Notes: generated from the sequence alone by a model not told the origin. A stretch of DNA of 64,000 bases from Cyanobacteriota bacterium (GCA_046045965.1 JBJOKS010000001.1:1-64000); one strand, 5' to 3'; shown: positions 52,168 through 63,686, counted from the first letter of the stretch. Program-made: numbers and translations.

Positions 52168-53787
52168 CTAAACTTTCAAAGCCTGTTCTGCTTGGAAATG
52201 TAACAACAAACCATATTCCAAACCTGCAACTACAGCTTGATAGGAAGCTTCCAAAATATTTGTAGAAACTCCTACAGTTGTCCAACGTTGTTGACCATTT
52301 CCCGACTCAACTAAAGCGCGAGTTTTTGCCGATGTACCCGTATTTCCGTTCAGAATTCTGACTTTATAATCTGTCAACTCAAAATCTGCAATTTGCGGAT
52401 AAAAGTTCAATAAAGCTTTACGCAAAGCAGCATCCAAGGCGGCTACCGGACCATTACCTTCTGCTGCTTCGAGAATATTTTTACCATTTACACCTACTTT
52501 GACTGTAGCTAAAGAATTAGTAGTTTCTTTCACCTCCACTAAATCACAATGTACTTGAAAACCTTTAACTTCAAAAAACTGTTGTCTCAGTCCCAAAGCT
52601 TCATACATTAAAAGTGCAAAACTAGCTTCTGCGGCTTCAAATTGATAACCTTCACTTTCCAAATCTTTCATCCGTTGGAGAATTTGTTTAGCTTGGGGAT
52701 CATTTTTATCTAACTCCATTCCCAAAGTTCTAGCCTTAGCCAAAACATTACTTAAACCAGACTGTTCAGAAATGACAATGCGGCGACGGTTTCCCACTTG
52801 TTCCGGCTGAATATGTTCATAAGTCAACGGGTTGCGTTCTACCGCAGAGACATGAATACCCCCCTTATGAGCAAAAGCCGAACGTCCTACATAGGGTGCA
52901 TGATCATCAGGTGCGAGATTGACAACTTCACTAACAAAGCGACTAGTTTCTGTAAGTTGATTTAGCTGGTGTTCCTCGATACAGCTATAACCTAGCTTTA
53001 ACTGTAAATTAGGAATCAGAGAACACAAGTTAGCATTACCGCAGCGTTCACCATAACCATTTATAGTACCTTGTACCATCTTTGCCCCTGCCATGACTGC
53101 TGCTAGAGCATTAGCAACCGCCATTTCTGAATCATTATGAGTATGTATTCCTATTTGGGAAATTGGTGATAAGTCCCCAGTTACCTGCACAACATCTTTA
53201 ACAATTTGCGTAATTTCATGAGGTAAAGTCCCGCCATTAGTATCACATAAAACTAACCATTCAGCCCCTGCTGTTGCTGCTGCTTTTACTGTCTGTAAAG
53301 CATAATCAGGATTTTGCTTATAGCCATCAAACCAATGTTCAGCATCATAAATCACACGCCGTCCTTGAGAACGTAAATACTCAATGGTGTCGCGGATCAT
53401 GGCTAAATTTTCATCCAGACTGGTCTTGAGTCCTTCTATCACGTGCAGATCCCAGGATTTCCCGAAAATTGTCACCCAGCGCGTACCTGCTGCCAAAATC
53501 GCTTGTAACATGGGTTCATCTACAGCTTTGGTGTGGGGACGACGGGTGGAACAAAAGGGGACTATTTCGGCTTGTTTGAGGGGGTTTTCTTGGAGTTGCC
53601 AGAAAAACTGCACATCTTTAGGATTCGCTCCTGGCCAACCACCTTCAATAAATGGTATACCTAGTTGATCAAGTCTGTGAGCAATGCGTAATTTATCTTC
53701 TATGGACACTGATAAACCTTCTCGTTGAGTTCCATCGCGGAGAGTAGTGTCATAGAGCCAAAGTTGAGGAGAGGAAGTTTTGCTCAT
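52168..53787 (-). CDS. cimA: Citramalate synthase
   Basis: DTTLRDGTQ, EGGWPGANPKD, HTHND, GERCGNAN, HKGGIH, NGPV.ALD. Confidence 0.9.
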   Translation of the reverse strand: MSKTSSPQLWLYDTTLRDGTQREGLSVSIEDKLRIAHRLDQLGIPFIEGGWPGANPKDVQFFWQLQENPLKQAEIVPFCSTRRPHTKAVDEPMLQAILAAGTRWVTIFGKSWDLHVIEGLKTSLDENLAMIRDTIEYLRSQGRRVIYDAEHWFDGYKQNPDYALQTVKAAATAGAEWLVLCDTNGGTLPHEITQIVKDVVQVTGDLSPISQIGIHTHNDSEMAVANALAAVMAGAKMVQGTINGYGERCGNANLCSLIPNLQLKLGYSCIEEHQLNQLTETSRFVSEVVNLAPDDHAPYVGRSAFAHKGGIHVSAVERNPLTYEHIQPEQVGNRRRIVISEQSGLSNVLAKARTLGMELDKNDPQAKQILQRMKDLESEGYQFEAAEASFALLMYEALGLRQQFFEVKGFQVHCDLVEVKETTNSLATVKVGVNGKNILEAAEGNGPVAALDAALRKALLNFYPQIADFELTDYKVRILNGNTGTSAKTRALVESGNGQQRWTTVGVSTNILEASYQAVVAGLEYGLLLHFQAEQALKV

Positions 53788-53789
53788 AA

Positions 53790-53940
53790 GTTCAGGAGTT
53801 CAGGAGTTCAGGAGTCAGGAGTCAGGAGTTAGGAGTTAGGAGTTAGGAGTTAGGAGTTAGAAGGTAAGTATTTCTCCCCACCTCCCCACCTCCCCACCTC
53901 CCCACCTCCCCATCTCCCCATCTTCCTGTCCCCAGTCCCC
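53790..53940. repeat. STRR arrays (AGGAGTT/C; CTCCCCAC)
   Basis: Tandem short repeats between cimA and the ferredoxin gene. Confidence 0.85.
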
Positions 53941-53968
53941 CGCTGTAATTTAGTTTGGTAATTTAAAT

Positions 53969-54307
53969 ATGCCCAAGGTGATAGCTCAAGGTAAATTAAT
54001 TGAGTGTGAAAGCCAAGCCAATTTAAGGAAGGTGCTGCTAAAAGATGGTGTTGACCTCTACAACGGTGGTTCTAGGGTAATAAATTGTCGAGGTATTGGC
54101 AGTTGTGGTACTTGTGCGGTTAAGGTAGAAGGCGAAGTGTCCGCAGCGAATTGGCGTGATCAAACGCGGCGATCGCTTCCTCCCCATTCTCCTACATCAG
54201 AGTTGCGTTTAGCTTGTCAAACTCAGGTTTTAGGTGATGTGAAGGTGACAAAATTTGACGGTTTTTGGGGTCAAGGTTCTCAGATAGTTTGGACACCAGA
54301 AGGTTAA
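53969..54307 (+). CDS. 2Fe-2S ferredoxin-like protein
   Basis: CRGIGSCGTC...RLACQ. Confidence 0.9.
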   Translation: MPKVIAQGKLIECESQANLRKVLLKDGVDLYNGGSRVINCRGIGSCGTCAVKVEGEVSAANWRDQTRRSLPPHSPTSELRLACQTQVLGDVKVTKFDGFWGQGSQIVWTPEG

Positions 54308-54323
54308 AAAGGAGAGAAACAAG

Positions 54324-54779
54324 ATGGGTAGATGGACACCCTTAATTTTAATGGCTGGAGGCGTGGCAATTTTACTGGGTACGTTGCTTGGTATTAATTT
54401 TCCCATGGGCGGGCAGCAAACTGCTAATGTTCCTCCTGGAAGACGAGCTTCCAGCGTCCTCCCGGCGAATATTAATGTTAATAGCACTGCTACCAGGGAT
54501 GATGCTGAAGCTGCTAACAGAAATAACTCTGAAGCTGCTAACAGAAATAACTCTGAAACTGCTAACAGAAATAACTCTGAAACTACCAGCAGGAATGATT
54601 TTTCTGATGATACTCGCCGCACCAGTGTAGCTCAAAATAATGCTTCGACTGATCCGATAGGAACTTTTGAGAGTACACAAAACACAAATACTACTAATAC
54701 TTCTACTTCCGCAACAAATACTGGTTCAGGTTCAGGTAATATCAATCAAGACAAAGCGCCTATTCGTGCTTTATGGTAA
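54324..54779 (+). CDS. Membrane-anchored low-complexity protein with internal 24-bp tandem repeat
   Basis: N-terminal TM; (EAANRNNS)-like units; ends PIRALW; AAGGAG RBS. Confidence 0.7.
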   Translation: MGRWTPLILMAGGVAILLGTLLGINFPMGGQQTANVPPGRRASSVLPANINVNSTATRDDAEAANRNNSEAANRNNSETANRNNSETTSRNDFSDDTRRTSVAQNNASTDPIGTFESTQNTNTTNTSTSATNTGSGSGNINQDKAPIRALW

Positions 54780-54957
54780 GGGACTGAGGACTGGTGACTG
54801 GTGACTGGTGACTGGTGACTGGTGACTGGGAATATGAATAACCTAATGACCCATTACCCATTACCCATTACCCATTACCCATTACCAATTACCCATTACC
54901 AATTAACAGTCCTAATAGGTTATTAGTTATGTACTAATGACTATTGACTATTGACTG

Positions 54958-56955
54958 ATGACTAGCGACGTTTTAATTATTGGTGGTGGCATTATCGGGT
55001 TGGCTTGCGCTGTAGAGTTGAAATTGCGCGGTACAAATGTTACTGTGCTTTGCCGTGATTTTACTGCCGCAGCCAGCCACGCCGCCGCAGGAATGTTAGC
55101 GCCTGATGCGGAAAATATCGCCAATGCAGCGATGCTATCTTTGTGTTGGCGATCGCGTGCTTTATATCCTGACTGGACAAGCAAATTAGAAGAATTAACA
55201 GCCAAAAAAGATTTAAACAGTACAGGTTATTGGCCTTGTGGTATCCTCGCTCCAGTGTATCAGGAGGCAGGAGGCAGGAGGCAGGAGGCAGGAGGTAATT
55301 TCCCCAGTCCCCAGTCTCCAAGCTTTTGGTTAGAGAAAGATGCTATTAACGAATATCAGCCAGGTTTGGGTGCTGATGTAGTAGGCGGCTGGTGGTATCC
55401 TGAAGATGGCCAAGTTGATAACCGTGCCTTAGTCCAAGTTTTGCGAATTGCGGCTGAGTCTTTGGGTGTGGAATTCAAGGATGGGGTGACGGTAGAAGCG
55501 ATCGCTCAACAACAAGGACAAGTTATAGGTGTCCAAACTAACATAGGCTGGCTTCGGGCTGGTCATTATCTTTTAACCGCTGGTGCATGGGTAAATCAAT
55601 TATTACCCTTGCCAGTGCGTCCCCGCAAAGGACAAATGCTGCGTTTGCGAGTACCAGAATTTGTGACAGAGTTACCTTTAACGCGGGTGTTATTTGGTGA
55701 AAATATTTACATTGTCCCCCGGCGTAATCGCGATATTATTTTAGGGGCAACCAGTGAAGATGTTGGTTTTACTCCCGATAACACACCAGCGGGTATTCAA
55801 AGTTTACTCCAAGGTGCAACTCGCCTTTTTCCTCAGTTAGAAAATTATCCCATCCAAGAAATGTGGTGGGGTTTTCGCCCTGCTACCCCCGATGAATTAC
55901 CGATTTTAGGTGATAGTCACTGTAAAAATTTAACTTTGGCTACTGGTCATTATCGCAATGGTATTTTACTCGCACCAGTCACAGCCGTGTTAATTGCTGA
56001 TGTGATTTTGTCACAGAAAACCGATCCTCTTTTAACTAATTTCCATTATTCACGCTTCCAAAACCCGTCATCTACGACAACATCCATGTTTACACATTCT
56101 GCTAATTTCACTAACGGACATAGTAAAAATTTATCTCTACAACCTGCGGAATTTCACTTGCAAGATTCAGGTTTAATTATTGCTGGTAAAACCTTTCAAT
56201 CTCGCCTGATGACGGGTACAGGTAAGTATCGCAGTATTGAGGAAATGCAAAACAGCGTTGTTGCTAGTGGGTGTCAAATTGTCACGGTAGCTGTGCGACG
56301 GGTACAAACCAACGCACCGGGACATGAAGGTTTAGCAGAAGCCTTAGATTGGGGTAAAATCTGGATGTTGCCTAATACTGCTGGCTGTCAAACTGCGGAA
56401 GAAGCAATTCGTGTGGCACGTTTAGGACGGGAAATGGCGAAGTTATTAGGACAGGAAGATAATAATTTTGTCAAGTTAGAAGTTATACCTGACGCTAAAT
56501 ATTTATTACCTGATCCCATTGGTACTTTGCAAGCTGCGGAACAGTTGGTTAAAGAAGGTTTTGCTGTTTTGCCTTATATTAATGCTGATCCAATGTTGGC
56601 AAAGCGTTTAGAAGATGTTGGCTGTGCAACAGTGATGCCTTTAGCCGCGCCCATAGGTTCTGGACAAGGGCTGAAAACTACTGCCAATATTCAGATTATT
56701 ATTGAAAATGCAAAAGTGCCTGTGGTGGTAGATGCGGGTATTGGTGCGCCTTCTGAAGCTGCTGAGGCGATGGAGTTGGGTGCTGATGCGTTGTTAATTA
56801 ATAGTGCGATCGCTCTGGCTGAAAATGCACCTGCAATGGCTTATGCGATGGGTTTGGCAACTGTAGCTGGTCGTATGGCTTATTTGGCGGGTAGAATGCC
56901 AATGAAAGACTATGCTAGTGCTAGTTCTCCTTTGACGGGGACTATTACTGGTTAG
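54958..56955 (+). CDS. thiOG: Fused glycine oxidase ThiO / thiazole synthase ThiG
   Basis: [17 protein letters not shown]; then GTGKY, LPNTAGC, KLEV, PIGSG, DAG. Confidence 0.95.
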   Translation: MTSDVLIIGGGIIGLACAVELKLRGTNVTVLCRDFTAAASHAAAGMLAPDAENIANAAMLSLCWRSRALYPDWTSKLEELTAKKDLNSTGYWPCGILAPVYQEAGGRRQEAGGNFPSPQSPSFWLEKDAINEYQPGLGADVVGGWWYPEDGQVDNRALVQVLRIAAESLGVEFKDGVTVEAIAQQQGQVIGVQTNIGWLRAGHYLLTAGAWVNQLLPLPVRPRKGQMLRLRVPEFVTELPLTRVLFGENIYIVPRRNRDIILGATSEDVGFTPDNTPAGIQSLLQGATRLFPQLENYPIQEMWWGFRPATPDELPILGDSHCKNLTLATGHYRNGILLAPVTAVLIADVILSQKTDPLLTNFHYSRFQNPSSTTTSMFTHSANFTNGHSKNLSLQPAEFHLQDSGLIIAGKTFQSRLMTGTGKYRSIEEMQNSVVASGCQIVTVAVRRVQTNAPGHEGLAEALDWGKIWMLPNTAGCQTAEEAIRVARLGREMAKLLGQEDNNFVKLEVIPDAKYLLPDPIGTLQAAEQLVKEGFAVLPYINADPMLAKRLEDVGCATVMPLAAPIGSGQGLKTTANIQIIIENAKVPVVVDAGIGAPSEAAEAMELGADALLINSAIALAENAPAMAYAMGLATVAGRMAYLAGRMPMKDYASASSPLTGTITG

Positions 56956-57061
56956 TTAATATTTTAGATCCCTGATTTTTTGAGGAGTTCGGGGATCTGA
57001 TTTTTTGATATATTTTGATGTAACGAACCGCAGAGGCGCAGAGGACGCAGAGGAAAGAAGT

Positions 57062-57235
57062 TTATATATTTTCTTCTAATACTTTACTTTTATATTTGAT
57101 CAGATCGCCAGTATCTTTACCGTTTGCGTTGATGACTCGATATTCTTGTTTATTTCCACTATCTTTGACAACTAGGGTTTTTCTTTTATCACAAAATTCC
57201 TTACATTCATTGTTTTGAAAAAAATCGTTACACAT
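57062..57235 (-). pseudogene. Short ORF following the AAA ATPase, probably an internally deleted partner gene
   Basis: 57 aa MCNDFFQ...KDSGNKQEYRVINANGK/DTGDLIKYKSKVLEENI; starts 4 nt after the ATPase stop. Confidence 0.5.
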
Positions 57236-57238
57236 AGT

Positions 57239-58528
57239 TTAGTCATCCAGATTAAATAAATCATTAAATTTGTCGTTAATTATACTGGATGCGCTATCTA
57301 TTTTTTCCGCTTGAATTAATTTTAGTTCTTCATCAATAATTGATTCATAACCATTTTCAGAAATAAAATAAGCTGAAATACGATCAGGATTAATCCAACT
57401 TTTACTATTAACAATACTTTCTACTGCTTCTCTTTCATTACCAATTTTATTTTTACCTACTTGATAAGCATATAAAAGATTATTGAAAGCAGACAAAATA
57501 TAAGGACTATGGGTGGTTATAATTATTTGATTGTTATACACATTTGCTAATAAACCGATCAGTTCTACAATATCGCTTTGGGTTTCAGGATAAAGGTGTG
57601 CTTCTGGTTCTTCAAACACCATAAATACACTCGTTTTATCTAAAATATATCTAAATATCAGCAATAAAATCCAAACTGACTCTTGTTGTCCTGAAGAAGC
57701 ATATTGTAGTTTAACATATTGGTTATTTTTAAAATAAATTCTTTCTTTATCAAGTTCAGCATTAAATCTATATTCACCTTTGAGGATTTTTTTCAATAAT
57801 GTTTTTAGCAACTCGGATAAATCAGAACCTAGATTTAAAGAAATATCTCTGTTTTCAATCAGGGTATTTAAATCATCAGTAAAGTAAGTTTTTAATAAAT
57901 TAATTCGCTCTACAAAAGATTTTGTAAAATAGTCTAATGTATCTGGATTTTTTATTTCTTGAAGTTGATCGGTTAATGTAGACATCAAACTTCTACCCGC
58001 AGGAATAAATACCGATGAGTGCGGTTCTTCAAAAATATTATAAATGCGTGATTTAAAATAATTAAACTGTAATCTTCTGTTTGATTCTAGTTCTCGTAAT
58101 TCTTCTAATGAATTAAATTTATTCTGTTGTTCTTTGGAAATTATTTTATAGTTTAAAATTTCTGTAATTAGCAGGTCTAATTCTTTCACCAGAGTTCCAC
58201 TAACTTCGATATTTGTCTTATATCTAGAACCAGAAATTTTGATATGTTTTTCTTTTGAATATTGATAGGTTAAACTAAATATATCTGGCTTAATACCAAA
58301 ATATGTGAGTATTTTTGAATGTAAATAAATAAATAATAAAGATGAATTTTCTAAGTCATTAGCATAAATATTATCAAATATTTCATCTTTAATAGACTTA
58401 AATAGAAAAATTGATTTACTTATTGTGCTTTTCCCACTTGCTTGAGGTCCAATTAACAACATTACATCTGTAACATCAGCCTCAAACTTTTTCACGGGTC
58501 CAAAATTTTCTATAGATATTCTTTGCAT
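57239..58528 (-). CDS. AAA_15/AAA_21 ABC-type ATPase (AbiEii/OLD/PARIS-like)
   Basis: IENFGP, GPQASGKST, IPAGR, SSGQQ, EEPEAHLYP, TTHSPY; very AT-rich. Confidence 0.85.
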   Translation of the reverse strand: MQRISIENFGPVKKFEADVTDVMLLIGPQASGKSTISKSIFLFKSIKDEIFDNIYANDLENSSLLFIYLHSKILTYFGIKPDIFSLTYQYSKEKHIKISGSRYKTNIEVSGTLVKELDLLITEILNYKIISKEQQNKFNSLEELRELESNRRLQFNYFKSRIYNIFEEPHSSVFIPAGRSLMSTLTDQLQEIKNPDTLDYFTKSFVERINLLKTYFTDDLNTLIENRDISLNLGSDLSELLKTLLKKILKGEYRFNAELDKERIYFKNNQYVKLQYASSGQQESVWILLLIFRYILDKTSVFMVFEEPEAHLYPETQSDIVELIGLLANVYNNQIIITTHSPYILSAFNNLLYAYQVGKNKIGNEREAVESIVNSKSWINPDRISAYFISENGYESIIDEELKLIQAEKIDSASSIINDKFNDLFNLDD

Positions 58529-58766
58529 AATTTTGATATTTCAATTTTCCTTATAAGAATAGATCAATATTAATATCATAACAAAAGTATAAACTCAAAA
58601 TATGATTGTGGATGAATATTTTATATAGTGGTTAATTTGTCAATGGTTAGCACTGAATAATTAATATAAATTAATATGACTTAATGTAACGATTTATATA
58701 TTAATGTGAGAGTAAAACTATAATATCTGTAACATTAAATAAAAGAAGATAACAAGGAAATACTTC

Positions 58767-58946
58767 ATGCCCTATACCAACGAAGAAGGCGGTCTTCTCA
58801 ACAATTTTGCCCGTGAACCCAAAGTTTATCAAGCAGAACCACCAACGGCTGGGCAAAAGCGCACCTATATTATTTTAGGAACGGCTGCTGCGCTTTTGGT
58901 AGGTGGTTTGATTTTTGTCGCCTTCGCTGTCTCTAATGTCAATTAA
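58767..58946 (+). CDS. psb34: Photosystem II assembly factor Psb34 (Ssl1498 family), absent from the ORF track (59 aa)
   Basis: MPYTNEEGGLLNNFAREPKVYQAEPP plus C-terminal TM helix; AAGGA RBS. Confidence 0.85.
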   Translation: MPYTNEEGGLLNNFAREPKVYQAEPPTAGQKRTYIILGTAAALLVGGLIFVAFAVSNVN

Positions 58947-58985
58947 AAACAAAATATTTTAATAAAATTTAATGTTTTGAGATTT

Positions 58986-59020
58986 TCAGGTTCCCATCTT
59001 AGGAAGAGCCTGATTTTTTT
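58986..59020 (+). terminator. Rho-independent terminator after psb34
   Basis: TCAGGTTC...GAGCCTGA stem followed by T7. Confidence 0.7.
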
Positions 59021-59184
59021 ATTTTCTGCTAGAATTAAATAGGATTCAAGTATAATTAAATACTTTAATCCCGATCAATCCAGGAAAAATTGAATCATCC
59101 TGAACAAAATACATTTACTTGAAAATCAGAATAGGGAGATTTTTCAGTCAGTATGTATATTGTATCTGGGCTTTTGTAGCCACT

Positions 59185-61350
59185 ATGAGCGTGAATGAAA
59201 CTTTAACTACAGATATTTTTACCTTAAATCGGCAAGTGTATCAACGGCTAAAATTTGCTCTGAGTATAGGTTTGCGGCGACAGATATTTTTTGCTGTATG
59301 TGATGACTTACACTTAAGAAATCAAGTAGCTACTCGGTTGCATTCTACCCTAGCTTATCCAGTAGGGCAAGTGCTATATCACCCAGCTGAGACAGAAGGA
59401 ATTAGCACTCCTGCTTATCCTCGGTTAGTTACATTGCGATTGAATTTAAATGATCCAAATCCCATAGCGCAGATAAATCAATGGTTATCTAATTATCCAC
59501 CACCCATTGTTGGTGAGTCAAAAGAGATCCCAGTCCGTACTTTACCAATACCAGCATTTCAAATTGTGGGTGTGGAACTGTTAACTAAACAATCAGTCGC
59601 AGTACAACGTTTATTTCTGCATTATCTTCGATTAAGTGAGCAGTATTTTTCCAGCCAAGAAACTAGCTCATTTCTAGAAACTAGCTTGCTGTTTTGGGTT
59701 CCTCGTCCTTGGTTGTATGCTATTCAGCAGTCAGCACCCAAATTTTGGCAATGTCGAACTGGTGTGTTTATATTTGCTGGAGAACCAACACCGACAATAG
59801 AGAATAGAAGTTATCCAGAAAATTTCTCTAGTTTGCGGAGTGTAGATTTAGGCAATCTGGAGAAATCAATTATGGATGAATCAATTCCTTCGGAGGAACT
59901 TATAGACAAAAGTATCCAAGAATTCAAGTTTATTGAAGATGATGATTTTCTGGAAGATACTTCTGAAAATATTGACGATAAATCACAGTCATCATCTACA
60001 ACATCTGCTAAGAACAATATTATCCCCAATCTCTCATCTTTCTTACATATTAGTGATGAGTTGATGTCGCTAGTTAAAGCAACGATTAACCCAAATATTG
60101 ATGAAAATGCAGATGAAAACTTGCAAATAAAACAACTACTTTGGGAAATTGAACAATTAAAAATTCAGCAAGCTTCTGGGGAAGACATTGCAGTAGCTTA
60201 TCACAATTTAGGTACTTTATATCGCCTACGTATTGAACAGGAACAGTCAAGTTTAGAAAACTTGATGGTGGCTATTATTGCCTATCAGGAAGCTGTTAGC
60301 TATGATGATACTTCACCACAACTTCCAGATACTTTAAATGATTTAGGTACGCTATACTGGATGCTGCACCGCACACCAGGAGGTAATGCTGAGGGACACA
60401 CTTATATACAGCAGGGAATAGAGTTTTATCAGTTAGCAATCAAACTAATTTCTTCTGATAGTCAACCGGAAATTTATGCTCGTGTGCAGAATAATTTAGC
60501 GACTGCTTATGGTGATTTAGCAAGGTTTTCTAACCCTGTGGAAAATTGGCAAGAAGCGGTTAACGCTTACAATGAAGCACTGCGCTACCGAACAGAAGAA
60601 ATTGATCCTTTAAAGTATGCTGCTTGTCAAAATAATTTGGGAACTGCGTACTGGCATTTAGGACAATATAGCCAACCGATAGAACATCTCAAGAAAGCGA
60701 TCGCCGCTTATAATTTGGCACTTGTTTATTATAAACCCAAAGATGAACCACTCAAATATGGGATGATTCAAAATAATATTGGTACTGCTTATTGGAATTT
60801 ATCCCAATATGAAACACCATTGGAAAATTTACAATTAGCAGTTGATTTTTACCGGGAAGCTCTGAAATATCGTACACCAAATAATATTCCTACAGGTTGT
60901 GCTGCTACTCTCAATAATTTGGGAACTGCTTACTGGCATATAGCAAATTTACCACAAGTAACGAAGAACATTCGCCAAAATTTCCTCCAATTGTGCATCA
61001 AAACTTATGAAGAAACTCTCACACTGGCTAATTCCCTCAATCAAATTAATTTAAGTTTTGATGTAGTAGCAACACAGAATAATTTGGGTTTAGCACATTA
61101 TCAATTAGTCACAGATCCATCTTTCAAAGATGACAAAAAAGTTCTTTCTCAGCATTTATTATCATCTTTAGATTATCATGTAAAAGCATTGAGAGGATTA
61201 GTGAAAAATACCGAAGCTTATCACACAACTTTCAACCATATAGTCAAAATAATTCGGACTTTTCATAATGAGTTAGGTATCCAAGGACAAAATTTGGCTT
61301 TATCTAAAGTTCCTGGTAATTTAATTCCAGAAATTTTACCGAAGTTGTAG
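59185..61350 (+). CDS. Tetratricopeptide repeat protein
   Basis: Repeated NNLGTAYW TPR units; ATG at 59185 preferred. Confidence 0.88.
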   Translation: MSVNETLTTDIFTLNRQVYQRLKFALSIGLRRQIFFAVCDDLHLRNQVATRLHSTLAYPVGQVLYHPAETEGISTPAYPRLVTLRLNLNDPNPIAQINQWLSNYPPPIVGESKEIPVRTLPIPAFQIVGVELLTKQSVAVQRLFLHYLRLSEQYFSSQETSSFLETSLLFWVPRPWLYAIQQSAPKFWQCRTGVFIFAGEPTPTIENRSYPENFSSLRSVDLGNLEKSIMDESIPSEELIDKSIQEFKFIEDDDFLEDTSENIDDKSQSSSTTSAKNNIIPNLSSFLHISDELMSLVKATINPNIDENADENLQIKQLLWEIEQLKIQQASGEDIAVAYHNLGTLYRLRIEQEQSSLENLMVAIIAYQEAVSYDDTSPQLPDTLNDLGTLYWMLHRTPGGNAEGHTYIQQGIEFYQLAIKLISSDSQPEIYARVQNNLATAYGDLARFSNPVENWQEAVNAYNEALRYRTEEIDPLKYAACQNNLGTAYWHLGQYSQPIEHLKKAIAAYNLALVYYKPKDEPLKYGMIQNNIGTAYWNLSQYETPLENLQLAVDFYREALKYRTPNNIPTGCAATLNNLGTAYWHIANLPQVTKNIRQNFLQLCIKTYEETLTLANSLNQINLSFDVVATQNNLGLAHYQLVTDPSFKDDKKVLSQHLLSSLDYHVKALRGLVKNTEAYHTTFNHIVKIIRTFHNELGIQGQNLALSKVPGNLIPEILPKL

Positions 61351-61512
61351 GTGACTGGGGACTGGGGAATGGGGACTGGGTAGCAATTGATAATTAAGAA
61401 TTATGAATTACCACTTGTGATCATAGATAGGATCACTATTGAAACCGACTTGATATAAAATAGGTTTCTATTACCCGTTGTCTGTTTTCTGTTTACTTAC
61501 TACCCCAGACCT

Positions 61513-63393
61513 ATGAGAGAGACTTTCCTAGAGGTTCGTAATCTACAAGTTGAATTTTCCGGTGATGGTAGTCAGCTGAAAGCTGTGGACGATATCAGCT
61601 TTAATTTACGTCGAGGTGAGACTCTAGGAATAGTAGGAGAGTCTGGAAGTGGTAAATCGGTGACAGCACTGGCAATTATGGGTTTGTTGCAATATCCTGG
61701 TAAGGTGAGTAGGGGAGAAATTTGCTTTCGTCCCCAGGAAAATGCTCAACCTCTTGATTTATTGACTTTACCTCCTAAAGAAATGCAGCTTTACCGGGGT
61801 GGAGATATTGCAATGATTTTCCAAGAACCAATGAGTTCTTTGAACCCAGTTTATAACATTGGTTTTCAGATGACAGAAGCAATTATGCGACATCAAAATG
61901 TCAGTGCATCTGAAGCAAAAAGAATTGCGATCGCAGGTCTGCAAGAAGTTAAACTTTTACCTAGCGATGAAAAAATTCAACAGCAATATCTCGATAATTG
62001 GCAGCAAACAAACCCGAAAAACCCTCTACCAAATGATTTTCAGTTAGCGCAATTAGTGAAGGAACAAAAAGCAGCAATGCTAGAACGTTTCCCTCATGAA
62101 CTCTCTGGAGGTCAGTTACAACGGGTAATGATTGCAATGGCAATTTCCTGTAATCCATCACTTTTAATTGCTGATGAACCAACTACAGCTTTGGATGTCA
62201 CGGTACAAGCAACAATTATTGAATTGATGCGAGAATTACAACAAAGCCGCGATATGGGGATGATTTTTATTAGTCATGATTTGGGTTTAGTTTCGGAAAT
62301 TGCTGACCAAGTTGCGGTGATGTACAAAGGTAAAATTGTCGAATATGGTGCAGCATCACAAATTTTTAGTCATCCCCAACATCCTTATACTAAAGGATTG
62401 GTAGCTTGTCGTCCTCATCTTAACAGTCGTCCTCAAAAATTGCTGACTGTTTCTGATTACATGACTGCGGAAGAAAATGAATTGGGACAAGTGGTAATTC
62501 AAGCTAAACAACCAGCAGCACCAACGGAAATTACTAGAGAAGAAATTAACACCAGATTAGAAAATTTAACCCAAAAAGTACCACTTTTACAAATTGATAA
62601 TCTTAAAGTTGGCTTTCCAATTCGAGGAGTATTTGGAGGTACAAAACGTTATCATATAGCGGTAAATGGCGTTTCTTTTGATGTCTATCCTGGGGAAACA
62701 TTGGGATTGGTAGGAGAATCAGGTTGTGGTAAAACTACTTTGGGTAGAACTTTGCTCAGATTAATTCAACCGATGGGTGGTAAAATTATTTTCGATGGTC
62801 AAAATATCACCACTCTCAAAGGAGAACCGCTACAAAAATTACGCCGAGAAATGCAAATAGTTTTTCAAAATCCCTTTAGTTCTCTTGACCCAAGAATGAA
62901 AATTGGTGATGCGATAATGGAACCTTTGTTAATTCATTCTGTGGGGAAAACAAAGCAGCACCGCAGAGAAAGAGCAGTAGAACTTTTAGAAAGGGTGGGA
63001 TTAAGTGCTGATGATATGAAACGTTATCCCCATCAGTTTTCTGGTGGTCAACGTCAACGGGTTTGTATTGCGCGTTCTTTGGCTTTAAATCCTAAATTTA
63101 TTATTTGTGATGAGTCGGTTTCCGCTTTGGATGTTTCCGTACAAGCACAGGTTTTGAATTTGTTAAAAGAACTGCAACAAGATTTCAATTTGACTTATAT
63201 TTTTATTTCCCATGATTTAAGTGTGGTCAAATTTATGAGCGATCGCATTTTAGTCATGAATCAAGGTAAAATTGTCGAAACAGGTACATCTGAAAGTATT
63301 TATCGTCAACCAAAAGAAGAATATACTCAAAAATTAATTGCTGCTATTCCCACAGGTAGTCCTGAACGCATGAAAAACCGCAATCTCAATTAA
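61513..63393 (+). CDS. ABC transporter ATP-binding protein (fused OppD/F, DppD/F type)
   Basis: Two GESG.GK Walker A motifs, SGGQ signatures, HPYT. Confidence 0.95.
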   Translation: MRETFLEVRNLQVEFSGDGSQLKAVDDISFNLRRGETLGIVGESGSGKSVTALAIMGLLQYPGKVSRGEICFRPQENAQPLDLLTLPPKEMQLYRGGDIAMIFQEPMSSLNPVYNIGFQMTEAIMRHQNVSASEAKRIAIAGLQEVKLLPSDEKIQQQYLDNWQQTNPKNPLPNDFQLAQLVKEQKAAMLERFPHELSGGQLQRVMIAMAISCNPSLLIADEPTTALDVTVQATIIELMRELQQSRDMGMIFISHDLGLVSEIADQVAVMYKGKIVEYGAASQIFSHPQHPYTKGLVACRPHLNSRPQKLLTVSDYMTAEENELGQVVIQAKQPAAPTEITREEINTRLENLTQKVPLLQIDNLKVGFPIRGVFGGTKRYHIAVNGVSFDVYPGETLGLVGESGCGKTTLGRTLLRLIQPMGGKIIFDGQNITTLKGEPLQKLRREMQIVFQNPFSSLDPRMKIGDAIMEPLLIHSVGKTKQHRRERAVELLERVGLSADDMKRYPHQFSGGQRQRVCIARSLALNPKFIICDESVSALDVSVQAQVLNLLKELQQDFNLTYIFISHDLSVVKFMSDRILVMNQGKIVETGTSESIYRQPKEEYTQKLIAAIPTGSPERMKNRNLN

Positions 63394-63567
63394 GTAGTCT
63401 TGCAAAATAAATTGTACATTGAGGAGAGGGAACAGGGAACAGAAAGCGAAAAATTTTGGGGGAGACTAGGATACACAACGCGGTAAGATGACGAAATGCC
63501 CTCTCAAGAACCAATGAAAATATGTCAATACCTAGTATTGTAAAACTTCGCCGAATTTATAGACAAA

Positions 63568-63686
<119 letters not shown>

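Noticed and set aside
54230..54680. Three alternative ORFs across the 24-bp repeat
   Set aside because: Open frames arise from the low-complexity repeat; only 54324..54779 has an RBS and TM segment
54958..56955. ThiO-ThiG fusion as a novelty
   Set aside because: Already known in cyanobacteria
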